A stretch of 63,028 bases of DNA, counting the filler, from Ministeria vibrans ATCC 50519 (lineage: Eukaryota; Protista; Filasterea), in assembly GCA_943704425.1 (NCBI GenBank). It is 10 parts of 10 records of this genome, joined end to end, with 100 filler letters (N's around TTAATTAATTAA, not from the genome) between each part and the next. Parts side by side here need not be neighbours in the genome. Positions count along the whole stretch, not along the records: positions 34,634 to 54,510 come from CALSCP010001374.1; positions 54,611 to 61,584 come from CALSCP010001288.1; positions 61,685 to 63,028 come from CALSCP010002818.1; 7 more parts are not named here. One strand, 5' to 3'. Shown piece after piece: positions 52,952 through 63,028 of the stretch (positions are counted from its first letter, which is position 1; each line of letters opens with the position of its first letter). A program made the position numbers and the translations under genes. Under the pieces are notes generated by a model. The model searched no databases, was not told the origin of the DNA, and saw only the letters and a list, made by a program, of their open reading frames with translations.

Positions 52952-54340
52952 ACGTATTTTTCAATGTTTCAGGAAAAAGAGCTGGTGGTGAAGACAAGTG
53001 CCCTGGAGTCGACGCGTGTTGAATTGGTTCGTCTCAAGGCGGAAAAAACGGGATTGGAAAAGAAGTTTGTGGTGGAAGAGAGCAGTCGAGCGAAAATTGA
53101 CACTGCGTAAGTCAGGAGAAAGAAGAGGAAAAGACACACAATCACAATAAGGCAACAGAAATAATAGCAATAACCTTAATGTTGATGTTACATACATATG
53201 CAGAGTTCGACGCATGTCTGCCTACATTCGAGATCTAAGCACCAAAATTGGACAAGTTGAAGGCGACCTACAAGAGGGTATAGAAAAATAGAGAAAGTTT
53301 TTTACGAAATAATTGATAATTATTATGAAAAATTATTTATCCAGGAGCGAAAGTTCAAGAGGCTCTTCAGCAGAAAGACCAAGAACGCCTTGCTCAGATG
53401 GAATCTCTTGTTAAGCGACTCAAGATGGTCGAGGAGGCCAAAGAGAAGCTGGAGAAGGAGAGTAAGGCCTTTCAGGAGTAGACAAGAATATAGATGTTTT
53501 ATTTTACTGACCTTTTTTTCTTTTTTTCTCATGATCAGAGACGGCGGGTGAAGCGCTGTCGCAAGAGAAGGCGGACGCAATGAGGATTGCCTTTGGAAAA
53601 CTGGAACAAGAGCGTGACTCAGTGGGTCTTGAGCTGGAGAAGGTGCAAGGCGAGTGTGCAAAGGTGCAAAAGGAGCTCGAGGAGAAAGCGAACGCGGAAA
53701 AATTACTCCAGGCCGAAAAGGGTAAAAAAAAAAAACAATACGTCTTATAATTATCGATTCTTATTATTATTAAATTTTAGGTTGGCAGTCAACGCGTCCA
53801 TATCCTCATAATACTATTCTCGTTTATGTTATCGTTTAGAAACGCTTGAAAAGTCACTCGGCTCAATCCAAGAAGAATTGCAGGGGAGCCTTGAGCGCGA
53901 AAAAGCTCAGACTGAAGTGGTGGAGAAAAGTCGAAAGAATCATATGGAGACAGTGTCTGCTCTGCGTTCAAGGTGAAAAATGAAACAGAACTAATAATTA
54001 ATAATAATTATTAATAATAATTATCATTAATAATATTTATTATATTATATAGCTTGGCGAGCAGCGGAGAAACGCTAAAGAAGGGCGACCAAGAAAACAA
54101 GAAACTCAACGACAAGATTGCTGAGATGCAAGCGCGCTTTGATGCTCAGCTTGCGGCGATGCAAGACCAGCTCAAGAGCAAGGTTTCAATCACGCTGGAG
54201 TCCTAATTATATTATACACACAATATCGTATACGAGTCCTACTAAACAATTCTCATAGGACGTTGAGAACGACACCCAGAAAGAAGCTCTGCAACAATTC
54301 AAGAAAGAAAATGAAGAGCTCCTCAAAGGAGCTAAGGAAA
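52125..54340 (+). CDS. Long coiled-coil protein, multi-exon, 3' truncated
   Basis: Successive GT-AG exons rich in E/K/Q/L heptads; no family recognised. Confidence 0.7.
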
Positions 54341-54437
54341 GCTATAATATTTTGATTATAATAATAATAATAATGATAATAATGATAATAATAATAATAA
54401 CAATAATAACAATAATAACAATAATAACAATAATAAC

Positions 54438-54510
<73 letters not shown>

Positions 54511-54610
54511 NNNNNNNNNNNNNNNNNNNNNNNNNNNNNNNNNNNNNNNNNNNNTTAATTAATTAANNNNNNNNNNNNNNNNNNNNNNNNNNNNNNNNNN
54601 NNNNNNNNNN

Positions 54611-54903
54611 GGCAGCAGAGGGGCACCGTGGAGCTTCTCTGCGTCACTCAGAAGACGCGCGCGTTCATTTTTCGGTAGGCGACCTTCGCGAGCCATTGCA
54701 CGAGCGCTCGTCCACGCATCCGTCCCATGTTCAATGTCAGATCCATAGTGGACACTGCATATTTTCATATTCCAGCTCGGCTGGAACACTGGGTCGTCAG
54801 GAGGAGGGCGGAGGCCAATGCTTTCCAGTAAAGGTTTTCGAGATTCAATGGGAACGGCCCACCGTCCATTCTCAGAACATCCTGGGATACAGCACCTGGG
54901 CAT
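54611..54903 (-). mobile_element. THAP zinc-finger ORF, probable DNA-transposase N-terminus, cut by linker
   Basis: MPRCCIPGC...P...KICSVHY C2CH pattern at the extreme N-terminus; intronless. Confidence 0.7.
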
Positions 54904-55228
54904 TGCTTCTTCTCAAGCAACTAACGTTCGTCAATACAAGAAACGAGAAATAAAGGTAAGGGAGTCGGGGTGTCAGGGGTGAAAATTTGATTTTATTCAA
55001 CCGTCGTAGTTTTACACCCCGCCCTCCCCGATAATCCACCATCGATCACCCTAATTTTTACACGAGACTTCACTGAACATAAACATTATCCTGTTACGAG
55101 AAGATTCGGGCAAAAACCGGACACTTGATTTTTCGGGCAGACCCAGGCTCTGAGTTGGGCCTGGAGTCCATTATAATTATTTTTGTATTTTGTTCCACTT
55201 TTTTATAAGCCATTGTTACCTGCAACTC

Positions 55229-55975
55229 ATGGCTTTTAATCGCGATTTCTCACAGCCGCGGTTAGACTCGACCATGGCGCAAAATAGCCCTCAAATAGCC
55301 GGTGTCATGGTCCAGTCGACCAAGTCTGAGTCACTCGAGCAGCGACTTTTTCCTGGCCAACAGGTTTTCATTGAGAAAACTGGCGATATTGTCAAGGTCA
55401 ATGGCCGGTACGAGGTCACACGGCTGCCGGATGGGTCGTATCAGGTATGGTACTACCTGCAAGCTGCCGGCGAGAGCGATTCGAGAGGGGTTTATATGTC
55501 AAAAAATGCACGAGACTTTGCTCCGACTTTGCTAATCGCTAGCCCTACTTAGATTACTGCAATGACTGCAGTTCGCGAGCCCACGCCTGGAAGGCTTGAT
55601 GCTCTCTTTGGTGCTCAAGACGAAGTGCCACAGTTTGAGAAATTGGTGACAAAGAGGGCGCTTCAACGCGAGTACTCTGTTATCTATGGAGCATTTCCGC
55701 CAGCAGCGGCTGATGCCCGGAGCGGTACATATCCTCGCGTTGGCCAGCCCAACCCACGCGGCCTACCCATCCCTCCTACTGGCCAATTCAGCATGCAAGT
55801 TTCACCGTTCCTCGACCTTCTCAACACATACCTCGCAGCCGGGTACACGCTCGTTGGCGGCCTGACCGGCCCTGGACCCGACGGTCGCGTGTACCAGAGC
55901 GTGACCATCGACAAAGAGGTCGACAACCACGAATGGATCATGATCACGAAGCGTTGCTTTGGTGGCATGGCATGA
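55229..55975 (+). CDS. Intronless hypothetical ORF pair, in frame across one TAG (55550-55552)
   Basis: ACT TAG ATT ACT GCA ATG keeps the frame; second half LNTYLAAGYTLVGG...VYQSV resembles DUF1737 (from memory). Confidence 0.45.
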
Positions 55976-56135
55976 GCTAGAAGTGAAAACAAGAAACTTC
56001 AGAAAAAGGCAATCATTTTCTGTTTGTTTGATCAGTTTTCTCACGCTTTTATCGCAGAAGGAGACGAAGCTGCTCTAGGAACCGAGAAGATGATTGAAGG
56101 GGAAGGAGAGAACGCCTGGACGCGAACGAGCAACA

Positions 56136-56320
56136 CTAAGTTGGCGAGACGACTCGCCGTGCTCGGATCACGAGAGAGCAGATGATCCAAGCACGCTCAT
56201 AGTACTCAAGAGCACGAGTGTAGTCTCCTTGTGCCTGTAACACAATGGCTATGCCCATTAATACGTCGCCTGTGAATGGGTGGTCGGGACCAAGAGACTT
56301 CTCACGCATACGGATGAACT
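56136..56320 (-). pseudogene. Kinesin-light-chain-type TPR fragment
   Basis: REKSLGPDHPFTGDVLMGIAIVLQAQGDYTRALEYYERA. Confidence 0.7.
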
Positions 56321-56629
56321 CATTTTTCAGTAGACCCCAATGTTTGTCTTTAAGGTCTTCAAGCTGCGAATCAAATGCCTCTTTTTCCCCTCGTATGTCC
56401 CTCATTTCCTTTGTATACTTCAGCTCGATCGGTTCTAGAGCTTTAAACCAAGAACTGAGATATTTGCTCTGAATATAATACAGTGCCTTCAAATTCAATC
56501 CAAATGCATCGAGACTCTCCGCATCATGGCGTGAATACAGGGTCGTTAGAGTGGATTCCAGAGCTACCGAAGACCAATTATGCGGCTTTATATACACTCC
56601 AAAGGACACAACCCAATACAGCAACTGTC

Positions 56630-56836
56630 ACACCATGCGCCCACAACGGCACTTGTCTCGCCAACAACGAAACGTGCGCCTGCGACTACGGCTATACGGG
56701 CGTACTTTGCGAGAGTGTCGCCAACCAGTGTCTCTCGAATCCGTGTCAGAACGGTGGCGAATGCATCAATCAGTTTCGCGACTACCTGTGTGTTTGCAAG
56801 CGCAGCTACACTGCGGACGAGAACAACGTGAAATGA
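56630..56836 (+). pseudogene. Orphan two-EGF fragment
   Basis: PCAHNGTC...CACDYGYTGVLCE; QCLSNPCQNGGEC; no start or context. Confidence 0.7.
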
Positions 56837-56877
56837 ACGTGAAATCTGACTATTTACTCCCTATTTACCTGCTTTAG

Positions 56878-57330
56878 TATGTGCACTCGCAAGGAATCAT
56901 TCACTGTGACGTGAAACCGGAGAATGTGTTGATGACAAGCGAGTCGGAGCAGGCGCGGGCCGTATTGGCCGACTTTGATGTGAGTCTGGACGTGAGTGGG
57001 CGCACAATGACGATGATGATGACGGTTGTTGCACCGGCGTCTGGACCGCGAGGCACAATGCAGTTTAGGGGAAGTTTAGGGCGTCCGAGCTCCTCAGCGG
57101 CACGCAAGAGCCTACGCCTGCCGTCGATATGTACTCGTTCGGCGTGACGCTTTTGTGGACCATGACGGGAAAGACGCTTTCAGTGCAGCGAACACTTCCT
57201 GTGCTCGCCGACAATGAACCGACAATGTGTCGCTGTTGAGCGTGCTTAAGACGCTGGTGACCGACGACGCTGTCGGGCGTCCGACTGCTGCTCACACTGG
57301 CTGCCGACTTCTTCTCGGCGGACGTTTCGC
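56878..57330 (+). pseudogene. Protein kinase C-lobe fragment with frameshifts, followed by coiled-coil sequence
   Basis: HSQGIIHCDVKPENVL, LADFDVS, RGT; PELL..DMYSFGV in another frame. Confidence 0.75.
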
Positions 57331-57693
57331 AAGAGACAATTGCACTGGAGCAGCAACAGAGTGAAGCGGCAGTGGCGGCAGAACGAAGCAGAACAAGTTG
57401 CTGCGGAGATTTGCAAGCGCCAGCAAGCGCCACGCCAACAGCAGGAGTGTGTGCAGCGCGCGGCAGAAGAGCAGGCAGCGCGTGAGGCTGAGCTCGTGCT
57501 CGAACGCGAATATAGCAAGGCGGAAGACGACGTGGCGCGACGTACATTGCAGGCACACGAGGCGCAGGTCAAGGAATCGGCTGCAAGGCTGCGCAAACAG
57601 ATGTCTTGGTCAGCCTTAATTATTGCTGTTTGTGTTTCAGGCATTCGAAAGAGATATCGCTTGTATTTCTTTGGAGAGAGTGAACTGTCGTCG

Positions 57694-57912
57694 CTACATT
57701 GCGCCAGCACAGAAAACAGCGCAGCCGAGCGCCCAAACTCCACAACCCGTCACGACGCAAGGAATGTAAGCGGGTCCAGTAATAACGCACGAATTCATGG
57801 TTGCACCGCACCAGGATGTCAGGCAGCTGATGCACAGAGCGAAGGCTTCTGTGGGCTGACCAATGAAGATGGCGCAGACGAGGACAAGAAGAAGGCAGGT
57901 GGCGGTGTTCAT
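57694..57912 (-). CDS. 72-aa secreted Cys-rich hydrophobic peptide
   Basis: Signal MNTATCLLLVLVCAIFIGQPTEA plus a 49-aa mature peptide with 8 Cys; intact ATG to TAG. Confidence 0.7.
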   Translation of the reverse strand: MNTATCLLLVLVCAIFIGQPTEAFALCISCLTSWCGATMNSCVITGPAYIPCVVTGCGVWALGCAVFCAGAM

Positions 57913-58859
57913 GGTGTGAGTGGGTCGAAGGTGTACTTTATGGGGGTATCTGCAAGTGAGAGTGCGAGTCAGACAAGCAAGACAGCCAGTTCTCAGGCTG
58001 TAGGGGAAGGGGGGATGGTGAAATTTCCGCCAATTTGTGTTTTTCTTCTTCAAAAAAAATATAATGAACTTTGTCTCAGCAACGCTTCGCCCTTCAGCAC
58101 TTAGCATTTTGCAAAATATTTTTTTTTTCCTTTTTCTTTCGTTTACGTCGAAAAAATAATTCAACTACTTAGCCTTGTCGCCGCTAGTTTGTACGAGTAA
58201 CCCGTACTTCGTTCGTACGGAGTAGGGCGTAAACGAGCAATTGCTTATTGCTGTTAATGCTGTATTGCTTCCTGAACATGAGAGGACGATAAGAGAGAGA
58301 CTAGGGGGGAGGGTCCCCCCCGTAGAGTTCCCGTAGAGATTGGCAAAAAAAAGATGCGCGATATTAAGCATTTTCGGAGCTGGGGGTAGCCGAGTAGGAG
58401 CGTATAACGTATGTGCTTACTGATAAAGTGATGATAGAATGGGTCACAAACACTCGCAGAACTTCTAAAAAAGTGGCCGTATTAAATAGAAGATGAAGAA
58501 TATTCGATGTATTCTTTGTTTGAGGAAATTTCACAAATTTCGTTCCCGCCAAAAACCGGCCGCTAGCCAGGAAAAAAATGCGCCGCCATCCGCCTCGACT
58601 CCGGATTGCAAAAGAACGCACCTGTCAATCGGGGTGGCTCTCGCCTCTCAGGCGTCCTCCATTGGTGGCTGGAGTGAGTTGGTAGAAGTCTCTGACTCAG
58701 TTGAACAAAAAAAAAACTCGTCCCCGCTAATTTCCATTGGATCTTGTCTCACTACGACCTCGATGATTGGCTGTTACAACCAAGGCGAGCCAAACCATAG
58801 GAAGGGAGAAAATCGGAGAGGAGAGAGTGGAGTCGGTCTGTCGGAGTGCACGGGATGAA

Positions 58860-59065
58860 GTGCCTTGGCTGGTTGGAGAAGGAAAAAGGGAGGCACTGGG
58901 CAAACCCTCTTCAACGTGGGTTTGTTGTACGACCTCAAATTGAGTGACAAGTCGAGAGCCAATACTCACTACTCTCGCACTGGCCATCTTCAAGAAGTCC
59001 CTTCCACCCGCACATCCCACATTGCCGATGTTCAGAAGCAATTGGATATCCTCGATGGCTCTTGA
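58860..59065 (+). pseudogene. Frameshifted TPR fragment
   Basis: GQTLFNVGLLY...ANTHYSR / ALAIFKKSLPPAHP. Confidence 0.6.
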
Positions 59066-59280
59066 AGGAATCACTATATATCAGACGTTGCCGCTCACAT
59101 CACCGAATACTTCTGTACAAAATACGATTATTATACCTTTTAATTTTGATTGCAATAATAAGTGTAACGGACACGCGTCGAGTGGAGGCACCGGAGACTG
59201 AGGCGCGGAAGAGACGATTGTCTAGTGTTGGGGGAGGAGGGACTGATCGGAAAGGGAAGAAGCCACGAGCGGAGTACCAA

Positions 59281-59713
59281 ATGTCTACGGTGTCAATGGC
59301 AGGAAGCGACGGAGGAAGAGTGAGTAGCGCGGCAGCATCGCCGAGTGGGACATGGACTGTGGCACTGGGGCTGGGTGAAGGCGGTGGTGGGGAGCTGACG
59401 ACTGCAGTGGGCAGTACAACCAGCCCCAAGTACGACTGGAAGGTGACGCTGGAGAGGCTGAAGGAAGAACTGAGGGAGAAGAAGCGAACCCCGACGCCCG
59501 CTGAATGGAAGGCCGTATGCGATAAGTATGCACAACGGGAGCGGTTGCACCAGTATAGGACGGTGGAGATCCTTATGAAAAAGGGCGAGCCCGTGAGGGA
59601 AACTTAAGGGCCGTTGTATGATGAAGGGAAGGATTTTTGGGACTCGTTGCAAAAGAAGGCAGCGAGAGCCACAGGTGGAGGTGGACGCGGAGAGGGAGGG
59701 CCGAGTTCAAGCA

Positions 59714-59763
<50 letters not shown>

Positions 59764-60330
59764 TTGTCGGACTCGGGTGCAGGTGCACCCATGCGGCATG
59801 ATAGCCTGCTCGACGCTAGTCCGAGTGTCGGTCAGATGGTTGCTGCTGCTATTGCTGCTCCCACCGGCGCCACAAGTACGGACACTGCCTCGCTGCAACA
59901 TCGACCTGACAAGCCATCGCGTGCGAAGAAATGGGAAAAGACCCTGAAACAACTGGTGGCGATGATGAAGGAGCTCGGGCGACGACCAAGCGAAGGAGAG
60001 TGGAACCAAGGCAAATCTGACGATATGTTTATGATTAGGTCGATTGGGACCTGTCTGATTCACAGGCCGACGGACGACATGCGGTCTGCGCCGCAGTTTG
60101 TCGAAGCTGTGCAGTTGTGGAAGGAGTACGAGTTGCCCTTGAAGTGGCGCAAGGCCTCTGAGGACAGAGAGTCGAAGCAGAAGAAGATAAAGGGAATGGA
60201 ACGGATCGAGGGAGGAGGGAGCAGTGGCAGTGTGGAGGAGCTGGAGATTGTGGAATCGGTCTCGGGGGAGGGTTTTGGCATGAATGACAAAGACGATGTC
60301 GAGCTCTTGCTGGTGGATGTGGGCAGCGGC
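59281..60330 (+). pseudogene. Intronless ORF with two copies of a ~65-aa helical module, (GGCTCA)n Ser-Gly linker, one in-frame TAA
   Basis: WKVTLERLKEELREKKRTPTPAEW vs WEKTLKQLVAMMKELGRRPSEGEW; TAA at 59605-59607. Confidence 0.5.
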
Positions 60331-61252
60331 GGCTCTGCCTCAAATCGCGTTTCGCAGCGGCCACCATCAGTTTGTCGATGGCTCCCATGCCCTTGCGTTG
60401 AGCGAAGCGAACGTCGCCCGCAAAGATGTAGCGTTTAAAGACCACGTCGCCACCGGTCGCGGGGAGAGCCACCTTCGCCTTGTGCTTGCTCAAGAGATGG
60501 CTCTTAGCGTTCGAGGCATCACTAATGTTGTACAGCTGCGCACAGATGACGCAGACGTGTGTGCGTATCTTAGGTGCATCTGTTGGTGTATTTGCTAGTG
60601 GCAGGTAATACGACCACTGTGGGGCCTATAACGAGAGAGCAGGAAAGATTTCAGCATCAGACTGTGACAGTTTTTGTGCGTTATGAGTAAGACACCTTGA
60701 GCTTGTCAGCACGTTCCTCAAAATCAGGCTCTCCGACGACGTAGCCCTCGGTCAAGAAAGATTTCGATCCCTTACTCTTCTTAGAGGTGCTGGCAATTCT
60801 CTAGAGGCGTCTGATGACGTCGACGTGCTCTTCGGGTTCGAGTGTAGCAACAGCACCGATTTTTTTCTCTTCGGGCGCCATGTCGGCGTTGACTTCCTCC
60901 TCATCCGATTCCCCTGCCGTTGCGTTGGTCGCCGACTCACCATCGTCGATGGTGATTATTGCGTCGGGTTCGAGTGAGGCGGCGGTGAAACTGGCGTGTT
61001 CTGCGCTCATTTTCTTCTTTCCTAGGAAGGATTCACTTCTTCAGAACGGACGAAGAAGGGAAATTTCTCGACACTACCATTGATCTTTGTTTGCAGTCAG
61101 AGTTTCAGGGAAGTTACACGGAGTATGATTCACGTAAAGAAGGAAAATAATATGACCGAAAATACCGATCGGTATTTTCCGTTCCCCAGCGACAGTCCGG
61201 TAAGTATTTTTTGCCCGTCTCGTCGCGTCCCCCGGTATTCTCGGTAACCCTT
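60330..61252 (-). mobile_element. Degenerate hAT-like transposon left end (BED finger, TIR-like terminus)
   Basis: WSYY...CVICAQLY....SNAKSHLLSKH (60482-60616); terminus AGGGTTACCGAGAATACCG; stops and a frameshift. Confidence 0.6.
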
Positions 61253-61684
61253 GCAACACGGTCTGCGCCAGTCGCGTGTCGTTGGGCGACGTCAGCCGTC
61301 CTCTGTGTCAGTGCTCGCACGCCATGCGCTGTGTGAGTTGCGCGATGAGTGTTTGGTATCCCAGTCACTCTTGGCGAGTGACATTGAAGCTGTCCTCTCG
61401 AACAGTGCGACTGGACTGCACCTGGATGAAGAGATTGAACTCCAAGCGCAGTGTGTAAAAGAGAAAGAGAGGGAGAGAGGTTTATCAAACCAGGGAAGTT
61501 AACACAGAGTTCATTCACGTAGCGGGCACAGGCAGCGCGATAGAGCACTGTGCAAGGGGCGGCGATATGACCCCCCCCCCCCCCNNNNNNNNNNNNNNNN
61601 NNNNNNNNNNNNNNNNNNNNNNNNNNNNTTAATTAATTAANNNNNNNNNNNNNNNNNNNNNNNNNNNNNNNNNNNNNNNNNNNN

Positions 61685-61782
<98 letters not shown>

Positions 61783-61808
61783 TATAATAATAATATAATA
61801 TTCAATAG

Positions 61809-62981
<1,173 letters not shown>

Positions 62982-63028
62982 AGATAGCACCTCCTTCTCT
63001 TGTCCCCTCTCTTTCTTGATCGGAAGAG

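Noticed and set aside
58300-58326. GC hairpin ending in CTAG as a Helitron 3' end
   Set aside because: Hairpin abuts CTAG without the usual spacing, and no 5' end or Rep/helicase is seen.
55550-60803. Stop-codon reassignment suggested by in-frame TAG/TAA
   Set aside because: Conserved genes end at their expected C-termini with TAA (UBL5, APC11), TAG (PAK) and TGA (ADK, PNPO); in-frame stops are confined to decayed regions.

Overview
Intron-rich eukaryotic (protist) nuclear DNA, standard genetic code (TAA, TAG and TGA each end conserved genes; CTG and CTA fall on conserved Leu), GT-AG introns. The metazoan-like SNX4 and RagC sequences suggest a unicellular holozoan or relative, but that is inference. 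The window is not continuous: nine ~100-nt gaps carry the artificial six-frame stop linker TTAATTAATTAA, so about 10 contigs are concatenated and many genes are truncated. Recognisable genes: BspA/DUF285 repeat protein, alpha/beta hydrolase, secreted PhyH-type dioxygenase, PNPO, Cys-rich membrane protein, GH18 chitobiase, lysophospholipid acyltransferase, UBL5/Hub1, SNX4, NIT2, NAA40, caspase-like domain, retrotransposon RNase H, PAS domain, PPCS, strawberry notch, APC11, POLR3C, RagC/D, carboxylesterase, 18xEGF/beta-propeller protein, ataxin-2, ACL5-like polyamine synthase, adenosine kinase, PAK kinase, plus a transposon/pseudogene-rich contig. Best leads: (1) a tight cluster of five co-oriented, structurally aberrant tRNAs (17138-17611), with compensatory changes between the two tRNA-Pro copies; (2) a bacterial-type DUF285 gene in which six consecutive repeats are each a 75-nt phase-0 exon. 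All family calls come from motif recognition by eye; no database search was run.
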